This document shows positions 30,187 to 39,678 of a stretch of 64,000 nt of DNA, one piece after another; the first letter of the stretch is position 1, and each line of letters starts with the position of its first letter. The stretch comes from Crocinitomicaceae bacterium. GTDB taxonomy: Bacteria > Bacteroidota > Bacteroidia > Flavobacteriales_D > CAJJDF01. The stretch spans positions 2,777 through 66,776 of the forward strand of contig JAHEIE010000018.1 in NCBI GenBank assembly GCA_024639505.1, in the 5' to 3' direction. The notes under the pieces were generated by a model. That model ran no database searches. It saw only the letters and a program-made list of their open reading frames with translations, and was not told where the DNA came from. Both the position numbers and the translations under genes were made by a program.

Positions 30187-31062
30187 ATGAAAGGAATAAT
30201 ATTAGCAGGAGGTTCGGGAACTAGGCTTCACCCGCTCACATTAGCAGTAAGCAAGCAATTAATGCCAGTTTACAACAAGCCTATGATTTATTATCCATTG
30301 GCAACTCTTATGAGTTCTGGGATAAGAGAAATATTAATCATTTCTACCCCACAAGACCTACCAAATTTTGAGAAATTGCTTGGAGATGGAAGTCAAATTG
30401 GTTGTTCCTTTTCTTATAAAGTTCAAGAAGTACCAAATGGATTGGCTCAAGCTTTTGTACTAGGTGAAGAATTTATTGGAGACGATAGTGTTGCGCTTAT
30501 TTTGGGAGACAATATTTTTTACGGTGGAGATTTATCTAAAAATCTTCAAGAGCAAGTAAACCCAGATGGCGGAGTTGTTTTTGCTTATCATGTTTCGGAT
30601 CCAGAAAGATACGGAGTAGTAGAATTTGACTCGGATATGAATGCGATTTCTATTGAAGAAAAACCAACAAAGCCCAAATCAAATTATGCCGTTCCGGGAT
30701 TATATTTTTATGACAATTCGGTAGTAGAAATTGCCAAGAATATAAAACCAAGTGCTAGAGGAGAATACGAAATTACAGATGTAAACAACGAATACCTTAA
30801 ACAAGGAAAACTAAGTGTTTCCATTCTCGATAGAGGAACAGCTTGGCTAGATACAGGAACTTTTCACTCCTTGATTCAGGCGAGTCAATTTGTGCAGGTA
30901 GTTGAGGAAAGACAAGGATTAAAAATTGGTTGTATTGAAGCTGTTGCTTATGCAAGAGGTTTTATTGATAAAGAGCAACTAAGAACAATCGCCACTCCGT
31001 TGCTAAAAAGCGGATATGGAGATTTTTTGATGGCATTAATAAAAGAAGAAGAGGAAAACTAG
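30187..31062 (+). CDS. rfbA: Glucose-1-phosphate thymidylyltransferase
   Basis: [18 protein letters not shown] and full-length RmlA-like sequence. Confidence 0.95.
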   Translation: MKGIILAGGSGTRLHPLTLAVSKQLMPVYNKPMIYYPLATLMSSGIREILIISTPQDLPNFEKLLGDGSQIGCSFSYKVQEVPNGLAQAFVLGEEFIGDDSVALILGDNIFYGGDLSKNLQEQVNPDGGVVFAYHVSDPERYGVVEFDSDMNAISIEEKPTKPKSNYAVPGLYFYDNSVVEIAKNIKPSARGEYEITDVNNEYLKQGKLSVSILDRGTAWLDTGTFHSLIQASQFVQVVEERQGLKIGCIEAVAYARGFIDKEQLRTIATPLLKSGYGDFLMALIKEEEEN

Positions 31063-32010
31063 ATGGAAGGAAAAGCACTCATTGAAAAAGAATTAAACAA
31101 CTATTTAAAGCAGTTTGAACACCACGGATTGTACGAACCAATTTCTTATTTACTGAATATTGGAGGAAAAAGAATAAGGCCAATTATTTTGTTGGATGCT
31201 GTTGAACTTTTTGGAGGAGACAAAAAAGCAGCCTTGCCCTTGGCGCTTGCCGTTGAGGTTTTTCACAACTTTACCTTAATGCACGATGACATCATGGACA
31301 ACTCTTCGCTGCGAAGAGGAAAACCAACGGTTCATGAAAAATGGAATGTAAATAACGCTATTCTTTCGGGTGATACCATGATGATTCAGGCATACCAACT
31401 CCTAGAAAAAGTTCCTGTTGAATTTCAACCAGCTATTTACAAAGCATTTAATAAAATGGCGCTTTGGCTGTGCGAAGGCCAGCAAGATGATATGGACTTT
31501 GAAGAAAGATCTGAAGTTTCTATTCCAGAATATCTTCAAATGATAAAGAACAAAACTTCGGTTCTTATTGGATTTTGTTTTGAAGCCGGTGCAATTTTAG
31601 GAAAAGCTGATGCGGCTGTTCAAGAAAAAATATACGATTTTGGTATCAATCTTGGCTTGGCTTTTCAACTTCAGGACGATTATTTGGATTTGTATCCAAA
31701 AAGTACAAAAATGGGGAAAACCATAGGAGGTGATTTGCTAAACAAAAAGAAAGCTATCCCCTATTTGATTGCTCTAAACTCAGCAAACTCCGACCAAAAG
31801 GAAGCCATTGAAACACTGATCAATTCTCAGGACGAAAATAGAGTAGAAAAATTAACCGCATTATTTGCAAAGCTAGCTGTGAAAGAGCAAACAGAAAAAA
31901 TGATTGAAGAGTACTTTCAAATCTCAAACGAAAGTTTGGAAAGTATTGAAGGATTCAACTTGACTCCAATACAATTATTTGCCAAAAACCTGATGGCAAG
32001 AGAGCAATAA
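31063..32010 (+). CDS. Polyprenyl diphosphate synthase (trans-IPPS family)
   Basis: First and second Asp-rich motifs LMHDDIMD and LQDDYLD. ATG immediately follows the rfbA stop. Confidence 0.9.
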   Translation: MEGKALIEKELNNYLKQFEHHGLYEPISYLLNIGGKRIRPIILLDAVELFGGDKKAALPLALAVEVFHNFTLMHDDIMDNSSLRRGKPTVHEKWNVNNAILSGDTMMIQAYQLLEKVPVEFQPAIYKAFNKMALWLCEGQQDDMDFEERSEVSIPEYLQMIKNKTSVLIGFCFEAGAILGKADAAVQEKIYDFGINLGLAFQLQDDYLDLYPKSTKMGKTIGGDLLNKKKAIPYLIALNSANSDQKEAIETLINSQDENRVEKLTALFAKLAVKEQTEKMIEEYFQISNESLESIEGFNLTPIQLFAKNLMAREQ

Positions 32011-32101
32011 AACACATCGCAAAAAAGCGCAAAATCTGGGGAATTGAGATTAGTAATTCACGCTGAAAAAGCCTATATTTGTCTTCCTTAAAACCCCTCA
32101 G

Positions 32102-33457
32102 ATGGACTTGCAATTCAAAATAACCAAAGAATTTATTGAGAAGATTCAGGAGCTTGTAGCAATTGATAACAAAGATGCTATTGTTCAGGCGTTGACAGAA
32201 TTGCACGAAGCTGATATTGCAGAGATTCTTGATGTAATCCCAATGGATGAAGCAAAATATATTTTCCGTTTATTGGAAGATGAGGTAGCTTCAGATGTAT
32301 TGGTTGAATTGGATGAAGATGTTCGGTTAGAATTTCTGGAGGCCTTGTCTGCCAAGGAAATCGCTGAGCAAATGGACAACATGGATTCTGATGATGCTGC
32401 CGATATTATGGCAGAAATGTCGGAAGAAATGCAGGAAGCCGTTATTCAGCAAATAGAGGATCCACAACAAGCTATTGACATCACATCTTTGATGCAATAC
32501 GAAGAAGATACAGCTGGTGCCATAATGGGAACCGAACTTATTTGTGTAAACGAAAATTGGACAACCGACCAATGCATCGAAGAAATGAGAATTCAGGCAG
32601 AAGATGTTCAATACATTTACACGGTTTATGTGGTGGATAATGAAAAAAAACTCACAGGAATGCTCTCCTTGAAAAGCCTACTCTTTGCAAAAAAAGGAAC
32701 TTTAGTAAAAGACATTTACATAGAAAATGTGCGTTACGTAAATTCGGATGAAAGCACAGAGGAAGTAGCTTCCTTGATGAAAAAATATGATTTTGTTGCC
32801 TTACCTGTTTTAAATCCAGACAGGATTTTGATTGGAAGAATTACGATTGATGATGTGGTAGATTTTATTCAAGAAGAGGCGGACAAAGATTACCAAATGG
32901 CAAGTGGTATTTCCGAAAATGTAGAGTCCAGCGATAGCGTTTTGGCGCTTACCAGAGCCCGTTTGCCATGGTTAATAGTTGGGTTAGTAGGAGGTATTTT
33001 AGGTGCTGAAGTTATTGGTTTGTTTGAGAAACAACTAGGCGATTTCCCGCAAATGGCCATGTTTATCCCTCTTATTGCAGCAATGGCAGGAAATGTAGGG
33101 GTTCAGTCCTCGGCAATTGTGGTTCAAGGAATCGCTAGTAACAATATAGATTTAAGTGGAATGGCAGGGAAGTTATTCAAAGAATTTAGAGTAGCTCTAC
33201 TCAATGGTATTGTTTGTTCTCTCCTCATTCTTGGGTTTGTATTCGCAGTAAAAAAAGATCTAACTCTAGGGCTAACAGTAAGTATATCACTTATGGCCGT
33301 GATTATTTTCGCAGGTATTTTTGGAACTTTAATTCCACTTTTACTACACAAAAGAAAAATTGACCCTGCTTTGGCAACTGGACCATTTATTACCACCACT
33401 AATGATGTGATAGGTCTATTTCTTTACTTGTATATTGGCTATTTATTCTATTTTTAA
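32102..33457 (+). CDS. mgtE: Magnesium transporter MgtE
   Basis: N-domain, tandem CBS region, C-terminal TM domain with ...ATGPFITTTNDVIGL. Confidence 0.95.
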   Translation: MDLQFKITKEFIEKIQELVAIDNKDAIVQALTELHEADIAEILDVIPMDEAKYIFRLLEDEVASDVLVELDEDVRLEFLEALSAKEIAEQMDNMDSDDAADIMAEMSEEMQEAVIQQIEDPQQAIDITSLMQYEEDTAGAIMGTELICVNENWTTDQCIEEMRIQAEDVQYIYTVYVVDNEKKLTGMLSLKSLLFAKKGTLVKDIYIENVRYVNSDESTEEVASLMKKYDFVALPVLNPDRILIGRITIDDVVDFIQEEADKDYQMASGISENVESSDSVLALTRARLPWLIVGLVGGILGAEVIGLFEKQLGDFPQMAMFIPLIAAMAGNVGVQSSAIVVQGIASNNIDLSGMAGKLFKEFRVALLNGIVCSLLILGFVFAVKKDLTLGLTVSISLMAVIIFAGIFGTLIPLLLHKRKIDPALATGPFITTTNDVIGLFLYLYIGYLFYF

Positions 33458-33490
33458 AATTCTAATGCACGTAAATTTTTACAACAAAAA

Positions 33491-33516
33491 AGCCGCTTTG
33501 ATTTCTCAATGCGGCT
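33491..33516. terminator. Bidirectional terminator between mgtE and pepD
   Basis: Stem AGCCGC/GCGGCT with a 14-nt loop, A-run before and T-run after. Confidence 0.65.
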
Positions 33517-33537
33517 TTTTTAATTTCCTGCTATTGG

Positions 33538-34983
33538 TTATGCTTTCAAAGGAATATCTTTCAAAACCTCAAGAGTAAATTTCCAATACTTTTGAGCAGA
33601 TTTTATACTCGCTCTTTCATCTGGTGAGTGAGCTCCCTTGATAGTTGGACCAAACGAAATCATATCCATTTCTGGGTAATTCGTTCCCAATATACCACAT
33701 TCTAATCCTGCATGACAAGCCATTACTTTTGGCTTCTCGTTGAATAATAATTCATACTTTTTCTCCAATACCGTTAAAATTTCTGAATCTCTGTTTGGTT
33801 TCCACCCTGGGTATGAACCTCCAGTAGAAACAGTGAATCCAGCCAATTCGAAGGTTGCAGTTAGGTTATTCGCCATATTCCACTTACCCGATTCTACTGA
33901 CGAACGAGTTAAGCAAAGCACCTCAATTTCCCCCTCTTTTACTTCCACTCTTGCCACGTTGTTCGATGTTTCCACCAAATCTTCAATGTCTGGGCTCATT
34001 CTAAAAACACCGTTGTGTGCCGAGTAAATCGCTCTAATAAAAGCAATTTGGTCTTCTTTTCCCATCACATCACTTACATCTTCTGACTGACTCACAGATA
34101 TCACGATGTCTTTCTCTATCGTTTTGAATTCTTCTACAATTTCATTTTTGATAACCTCAAACGCTTTGTTAAACTGCTCAATGTCTTCTGTTACCACAAT
34201 CGAATTACTCTCCCTTGGAATAGCATTTCTCAAACCACCTCCCATTACAGAAGAAATTCTCATGTAATCATTCGTTGCCAGAAAAATTCTATTCATTAAT
34301 TTATTCGCATTCCCCAATCCTTCGTGAATTTGCATCCCAGAGTGACCTCCCTGCAATCCCTTTACAGAAATTTTTAATGCCGTTCCGTTTGCTTCTTCCT
34401 TTGTATAAGATCTAGTTGCAGTTAAATCAACTCCACCTGCGCATCCAATACTAAACTCATCGTCATCCTCGGTATCAAGATTCAACAGTATTTCTCCCGT
34501 TAAATAACCTGCTTGTAATCCCAAAGCTCCTGTCATACCAGTTTCTTCATCAATCGTAAACAATGCTTCAATAGCTGGGTGAGGAATATCTGTAGACTCC
34601 AAAATTGCCATAATTGTTGCAACTCCCAATCCGTTGTCGGCACCAAGTGTTGTTCCTTCCGCTTTTACCCAATCTCCTTCTATTTTCATTTTGATTCCTT
34701 CTTTATCAAAATCAAAAATTGTATCGTTGTTTTTTTGGTGAACCATGTCCAAGTGCGATTGCATCACAATTGTTTTTCTGTTTTCCATTCCAGCAGTTGC
34801 AGGCTTTTTTATGATTACATTCTGAACAGGGTCAATCACCACTTCCAAACCTAAATTCTTACCAAAATCTACCATAAACTGGATCACTCTCTCTTCTTTT
34901 TTGGAAGGACGTGGCACAGCATTCAAATCTGCAAACTTATTCCACAGTTGTTTTGGTTCTAAATTTCTTACTTCTTGGCTCAT
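33538..34983 (-). CDS. pepD: Aminoacyl-histidine (Xaa-His) dipeptidase, M20C family
   Basis: 481 aa. LEPKQLWNKFADLNAVPRPSKKE start, HLDMV, GADNG, DEETGMTGA motifs. Confidence 0.85.
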   Translation of the reverse strand: MSQEVRNLEPKQLWNKFADLNAVPRPSKKEERVIQFMVDFGKNLGLEVVIDPVQNVIIKKPATAGMENRKTIVMQSHLDMVHQKNNDTIFDFDKEGIKMKIEGDWVKAEGTTLGADNGLGVATIMAILESTDIPHPAIEALFTIDEETGMTGALGLQAGYLTGEILLNLDTEDDDEFSIGCAGGVDLTATRSYTKEEANGTALKISVKGLQGGHSGMQIHEGLGNANKLMNRIFLATNDYMRISSVMGGGLRNAIPRESNSIVVTEDIEQFNKAFEVIKNEIVEEFKTIEKDIVISVSQSEDVSDVMGKEDQIAFIRAIYSAHNGVFRMSPDIEDLVETSNNVARVEVKEGEIEVLCLTRSSVESGKWNMANNLTATFELAGFTVSTGGSYPGWKPNRDSEILTVLEKKYELLFNEKPKVMACHAGLECGILGTNYPEMDMISFGPTIKGAHSPDERASIKSAQKYWKFTLEVLKDIPLKA

Positions 34984-35089
34984 ATTTTTGGGTTTAATTT
35001 TGTTGTACGAAGTTACAAATAATTGAGATTAAAAGAGGTGTTTCAAGTTTTGAAAAATCATTCTAAAAACCCATAAACCTAAAAAAATA

Positions 35090-35170
35090 GTCATTCCTTA
35101 ATCGATACTCAATCCATTTATCGGCATTATTGCACTCAATTGACGAACCCAGAATCAAGTTCAAGGTGAC
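35090..35170. repeat. Degenerate inverted pair of GTCATTC-box hairpin repeats
   Basis: GTCATTCC at 35090. The reverse complement of 35148-70 is GTCACCTTGAACTTGATTCTGGG, which shares GAACTTGATTC with the 49725 copy. Confidence 0.4.
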
Positions 35171-35263
35171 TGAGTGTTTTTAGGTGAGCTCTTTTATAAT
35201 AGTAACAAGTGTTTAATGACTGCATTATTTTGTGAGTAGCGAATAGATTTATAATTCACTTAA

Positions 35264-36199
35264 ATGAATTACCTTTACACCATGAAAAAGAGAACAACAA
35301 ACAATCCCAAAGGAAGAAACAAAAATGTTTCGGAAGACAGATCGAAGAGGAGCGGATTTAAAACTTCTGGAAGTTACTACAAAAGTTCAGGAAAACCTGG
35401 TGCAAAAAGAGGAGAAAGCAAACCGTTTTCATCAGAAAAATCAAAGACGAGAAGCGGAAATACAGCAGCCAAAAGATCCATGGATGGAAAAATAAGGTTA
35501 AATCGATTTTTGGCTCAAGCAGGAATTTGTTCGAGAAGAGAAGCCGATACTTTGATCGAAACTGGAGTAATTGAAGTAAACAATAAGATTGTAACACAAT
35601 TGGGTATTCGTATTGATCCTCAACAAGACGTTGTGCATTATGGCGGAGAAAAAATAAGAGTTGAAAAATACCAATATGTGCTTTTGAACAAACCCAAAGA
35701 TTTCATCACCACATCCAAAGATCCACAAAACCGTAAAACGGTTCTGGAATTGGTGAGCAATGCTTGTATTGAAAGAATTTATCCTGTAGGAAGATTGGAT
35801 AGAAATACACTCGGATTACTTTTGTTTACAAACGATGGAATGTTGGCAGAAAAGCTTACTCACCCTCGTAACGAAATTGGAAAAACTTACCAGATAGAAG
35901 TAGATCAAACTATACAAAGTGGTCATATGAAAATGATGCTTGAAGGAGTAGAATTGGAAGATGGATTTGCAAAAGTAGACGATATTGAATACGCTGATAA
36001 CGGAACCAACAAAAGTGGAGCGGTTATTACCTTGCATTCTGGACGAAACAGAATTGTGAGGAGGATTTTTGAACACTTTGATTACAAAGTAAAAAAACTA
36101 GATAGAATTCGATTTGCAACCCTTGATAAAAAAGGATTGCCAAGAGGACAATGGAGACACTTAACAACCGAAGAAGTAGGTTTTTTGAAGACACTTTAA
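35264..36199 (+). CDS. Pseudouridine synthase (RsuA/RluB family) with ~70-aa basic low-complexity N-terminal extension
   Basis: S4 domain RLNRFLAQAGICSRREAD. Catalytic VGRLDRNTLGLLLFTNDG. Alternative ATG at 35282. Confidence 0.85.
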   Translation: MNYLYTMKKRTTNNPKGRNKNVSEDRSKRSGFKTSGSYYKSSGKPGAKRGESKPFSSEKSKTRSGNTAAKRSMDGKIRLNRFLAQAGICSRREADTLIETGVIEVNNKIVTQLGIRIDPQQDVVHYGGEKIRVEKYQYVLLNKPKDFITTSKDPQNRKTVLELVSNACIERIYPVGRLDRNTLGLLLFTNDGMLAEKLTHPRNEIGKTYQIEVDQTIQSGHMKMMLEGVELEDGFAKVDDIEYADNGTNKSGAVITLHSGRNRIVRRIFEHFDYKVKKLDRIRFATLDKKGLPRGQWRHLTTEEVGFLKTL

Positions 36200-36211
36200 C
36201 CCCTTTTTATT

Positions 36212-36238
36212 TGTCATTCCGGCCTCCGAGCCGGAATC
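36212..36238. repeat. GTCATTC-box hairpin repeat (TGTCATTCCGGCCTCCGAGCCGGAATC)
   Basis: Stem ATTCCGGC/GCCGGAAT, 13 nt after the pseudouridine synthase stop. Confidence 0.6.
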
Positions 36239-36291
36239 TCACAGAGAATATTTCAAATTTTACTTTCAACAGAATAAACTCATCCAATTAA

Positions 36292-36801
36292 ATGGAAAAA
36301 GAAATCATAAATAAAGTAGCCAATAGTGGGTTAGTCAATTTAGATTTAGCCGATTATTATCCAAAAGGCGAACGAGTAGTTTATGACATCAAACAAAACT
36401 TGTGGCAAGAATTTGTGCTGAAAGAAAAAGACTTCAGACAATTTGTAAAAGAAAATGATTGGTCGATTTATCAAGACAAATATGTGGCTCTTGTAAACTC
36501 AGCAGATGCAATAATTCCGCCTTGGGCGTTTATGGTTTTGACCAATGCACTTGCTCCTTTTGCCAAAGAAGTTGTAAGCGGAGATTTAGAGACATTGGAA
36601 ACAGTGATTTTTACAAATTCATTAGAAAAAAACTTAAACCCAGCCGATTTTGCTGATCAACGAGTAATTATAAAAGGATGTGGAGAAATTCCAATCTCCC
36701 AATCTGCCTACACCAAAGCCGTAAATTTACTTAAACCAGTTGTGAAGAGTTTGATGTATGGTGAGGCTTGTTCGGCAGTTCCTGTTTATAAAAGAAAGTA
36801 A
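36292..36801 (+). CDS. DUF2480-like conserved hypothetical protein (family name from memory)
   Basis: 169-aa ORF with good coding appearance; no catalytic motif seen. Confidence 0.55.
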   Translation: MEKEIINKVANSGLVNLDLADYYPKGERVVYDIKQNLWQEFVLKEKDFRQFVKENDWSIYQDKYVALVNSADAIIPPWAFMVLTNALAPFAKEVVSGDLETLETVIFTNSLEKNLNPADFADQRVIIKGCGEIPISQSAYTKAVNLLKPVVKSLMYGEACSAVPVYKRK

Positions 36802-36819
36802 TGAATTATTAGTGTTGAG
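36801..36819. repeat. Left imperfect inverted repeat flanking the four-helix-bundle gene
   Basis: ATGAATTATTAGTGTTGAG. It matches the reverse complement of 37186-37204 at 16/19. Confidence 0.6.
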
Positions 36820-36821
36820 TT

Positions 36822-37184
36822 ATGAGAAAAGGAGCTATCAAAACACAGAGTTACGCATTTGCAGTTAGAGTAATTAATCTTTATAAATTTTTAGTTGAGG
36901 AAAAAAAGGAATTTGTGATGAGTAAGCAACTTCTTAGAAGCGGAACTGCCGTTGGAGCTTTAGTTCGTGAAGGGCAAAATGCTGAAAGCAAAAAAGACTT
37001 TATTCATAAATTAGCAATTGCCCAAAAGGAATGTGATGAATCAATTTATTGGATTGAATTATTAATTGAAACAGATTATTTAACACAAGAAATGACTGAA
37101 TCCTTATTGGATGATGCTAATTCTATTTTGAAAATGATAAAAAGTGCAATCATCACAACTAAGAATAGCTTGAAGAAAAAATAG
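36822..37184 (+). CDS. Four-helix-bundle protein (23S rRNA intervening-sequence protein family)
   Basis: 120 aa. SYAFAVRVINLYK...QLLRSGTAVGALVREGQNAESKKDFIHKLAIAQKECDESIYWIELL is typical of this family. Confidence 0.85.
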   Translation: MRKGAIKTQSYAFAVRVINLYKFLVEEKKEFVMSKQLLRSGTAVGALVREGQNAESKKDFIHKLAIAQKECDESIYWIELLIETDYLTQEMTESLLDDANSILKMIKSAIITTKNSLKKK

Positions 37185-37185
37185 A

Positions 37186-37204
37186 CTCATCACTCCTAAT
37201 TCAT
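37186..37204. repeat. Right imperfect inverted repeat flanking the four-helix-bundle gene
   Basis: The reverse complement is ATGAATTAGGAGTGATGAG. It overlaps a direct 11-bp repeat TCATCACTCCT at 37187-97 and 37201-11. Confidence 0.6.
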
Positions 37205-37226
37205 CACTCCTCACTATATTTGAAAC

Positions 37227-38666
37227 ATGCTAAAAATCCAAAACTACATAAACGGAGAATTGATTGCTCCACTTGAAGGAAATTACATTGACAATTACAA
37301 TCCATCCAAAGGAGAAGTGTATAGTCAAATACCTAATTCACAGACGAATGATGTAGAATTAGCCGTGAAAGCCGGACAAGAAGCTTTTCCTGCTTGGAGT
37401 AAAATGCCAAAAAACGAACGTTCCAAAATAATGGTTCGATTGGCGGATTTGATTGACGAAAATCTAGAAGAACTTGCTCGAGCCGAAGCAATGGATAACG
37501 GAAAACCACTTTCGCTAGCGATGCGAGTAGATATACCAAGAGCAAGTGCAAACATTCGATTTTTTGCTACGGCAATTTTGCATAATGCTTCGCAATCTCA
37601 TCACATGGAAGAAGGATTTACAAATTATACTCTCAATCATCCGCTGGGTGTCGTTGGTTGTATTTCGCCATGGAATTTACCTTTGTACCTCTTTACCTGG
37701 AAAATTGCTCCGGCAATGGCCTCAGGGAATTGTGTGGTTGCTAAACCCTCGGAAGTAACTCCAATGACAGCCTATTTATTTTCAAAATTGTGCATAGAAG
37801 CAGGAGTACCAAAAGGTGTGATGAATATCGTACATGGATTGGGAGCTCACGCTGGCGATGCAATAGTTTCCCACCCAAAAGTAAAGGCAATTTCATTTAC
37901 AGGAGGAACTGCAACTGGGAAAATTATTGGACGAAAGGCAGCAGAAACATTTAAAAAAACATCCTTAGAATTGGGTGGTAAAAACCCCAACATCATATTT
38001 GCTGATTGCGATTTTGAAGCAATGTTGAACACAACTTTGCATTCCTCTTTTGCTAATCAAGGGCAAATTTGTTTGTGTGGATCTCGAATTTTTATCGAAA
38101 AGCCGATTTATGAAAAATTCAAAACTGCATTTATCGAAAAACTTAAAACTCACAAAGTAGGTGATCCCTTCGATAAATCCTCTAAAATGGGAGCGATGGT
38201 TTCTAAAGAACACCTAGAAAAAGTACTGGGCTATGTACAACTTGCAAAAGAAGAAGGTGGAAAAATACTATTTGGCGGAAACAAACTGACAATAGAAGGT
38301 AGCGAAAATGGATACTACATGGAGCCAACCGTGATTGAAGGTTTAGATTTTAATTGCAGAACAAATCAAGAAGAGATTTTTGGACCTGTAGTCACCTTAA
38401 CTCCATTTGAAACAGACGAAGAAGTATTGGAATATGCGAACTCTACACAATACGGCTTAGCTGCCACAGTTTGGACAGAAAACCTGACTCGAGCTCAACG
38501 AATTTCACAAGAATTAGAATCTGGTATTGTATGGGTAAATTGCTGGCTTGTTCGTGATTTAAGAACACCTTTTGGAGGTGTAAAAAGTTCTGGACTTGGC
38601 CGCGAAGGAGGATTTAGAGCTTTGGAATTCTTTACCGAGCCTAAGAATGTTTGTATAAAGTATTGA
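37227..38666 (+). CDS. NAD(P)-dependent aldehyde dehydrogenase
   Basis: ELGGKNP and catalytic Cys context FANQGQICLCGSR; 479 aa. Confidence 0.9.
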   Translation: MLKIQNYINGELIAPLEGNYIDNYNPSKGEVYSQIPNSQTNDVELAVKAGQEAFPAWSKMPKNERSKIMVRLADLIDENLEELARAEAMDNGKPLSLAMRVDIPRASANIRFFATAILHNASQSHHMEEGFTNYTLNHPLGVVGCISPWNLPLYLFTWKIAPAMASGNCVVAKPSEVTPMTAYLFSKLCIEAGVPKGVMNIVHGLGAHAGDAIVSHPKVKAISFTGGTATGKIIGRKAAETFKKTSLELGGKNPNIIFADCDFEAMLNTTLHSSFANQGQICLCGSRIFIEKPIYEKFKTAFIEKLKTHKVGDPFDKSSKMGAMVSKEHLEKVLGYVQLAKEEGGKILFGGNKLTIEGSENGYYMEPTVIEGLDFNCRTNQEEIFGPVVTLTPFETDEEVLEYANSTQYGLAATVWTENLTRAQRISQELESGIVWVNCWLVRDLRTPFGGVKSSGLGREGGFRALEFFTEPKNVCIKY

Positions 38667-38676
38667 TAGTATAAAA

Positions 38677-38700
38677 AAGGAGAAGCAAATGCTTCTCCTT
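38677..38700. terminator. Bidirectional terminator after the aldehyde dehydrogenase gene
   Basis: Stem AAGGAGAAGC/GCTTCTCCTT, loop AAAT, flanking A and T runs. Confidence 0.85.
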
Positions 38701-38720
38701 TTTTAGTTAATCCAATCTAT

Positions 38721-39179
38721 TTAAACCCCAAACTGTGTTAAATGATGATCCAGGTGCTTGTAGAACATATTGTTCCACTCCACCTTTGTGAGCACCCCAA
38801 AAGAATGAGATTCTTTTCCTTCAAATGAATCTGCGCCCTCTGCCTGTGTTTGTTTGATGTAACCAATCAACTTTGATTTTTCTTTCTCAAAGTCTTTCTC
38901 ATCAGTTATCAAAAATTGGGGAGCCGTTCTTCCATTTTTTGGATAAGGTTTCTCTCCACAAACTCCTTTTTTTATTAATGTTTTAAGAAGAAATTTTTTC
39001 AGCCCCTTTGCTTTCGTGGCCTGATGCTGAGGGTCGTAAATATAATCATAGGTTACGCTACAATGAGCCAACATCTGACCTACATTCATCTTTCCCCAAT
39101 TAGGCTGAGTGTCTGTAGTCAAGTTTTCGATGCGCTGAATTACCTCATCTGTAACTGCTTTTTCAAAAATATTTTTCAT
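38721..39179 (-). CDS. DinB-like / DUF1569 family protein
   Basis: 152 aa. The MLAHC...HLDHHLTQFG pattern resembles DinB-fold His ligands. Family name from memory. Confidence 0.6.
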   Translation of the reverse strand: MKNIFEKAVTDEVIQRIENLTTDTQPNWGKMNVGQMLAHCSVTYDYIYDPQHQATKAKGLKKFLLKTLIKKGVCGEKPYPKNGRTAPQFLITDEKDFEKEKSKLIGYIKQTQAEGADSFEGKESHSFGVLTKVEWNNMFYKHLDHHLTQFGV

Positions 39180-39188
39180 GACGATAGT

Positions 39189-39677
39189 TTAGAGTTCAAT
39201 TTTATTCAACAATTCACTTAAATTAAGCGTTTTTGATTCATTAATATCCATTTTCTTTCCTAAAACACCAAAAACCTTACATTTTGCTTTTCCCTTTACA
39301 GTGAGTTTTATGTTCTTCTTGAACAATGCTTTTGCCAAAAGAGGCATCGCTGCATTCCGCAAATCTTTGTCGTTCAGCAGTAAATTTAATGTGTAATCTC
39401 CTTCTGTTTTTTTAAGAATCACAACTTCATCTGCCATTACAGCATCTCCCAATTTTTTATCATCCAAAAACACCTCAAATGAAGATTTTTTTAGTTTGAT
39501 AGAATAAAAATTAGGGTTGTTTATTTTGAACACAATCGAAGCCTGAGATTGATTGTCCTCCATTTTTTGAAAACTATATCCTTCTACTCCAAGCATTTCC
39601 ACTTCTTCATAAATGGAGCACGAAGAAATAGATAGAATCAGGATTAAAATGGGTAAATAATAAAGATTCTTTATCAT
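39189..39677 (-). CDS. Lipoprotein, LEA_2/NDR1-HIN1-like fold suspected
   Basis: Lipobox ILILSISSC. Beta-rich 162 aa. Starts 1 nt after the pheS stop. Confidence 0.5.
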   Translation of the reverse strand: MIKNLYYLPILILILSISSCSIYEEVEMLGVEGYSFQKMEDNQSQASIVFKINNPNFYSIKLKKSSFEVFLDDKKLGDAVMADEVVILKKTEGDYTLNLLLNDKDLRNAAMPLLAKALFKKNIKLTVKGKAKCKVFGVLGKKMDINESKTLNLSELLNKIEL

Positions 39678-39678
39678 G

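Noticed and set aside
32011-32101. M-box magnesium riboswitch upstream of mgtE
   Set aside because: The leader is only ~90 nt with no extended conserved structure, which is too short for an M-box aptamer.
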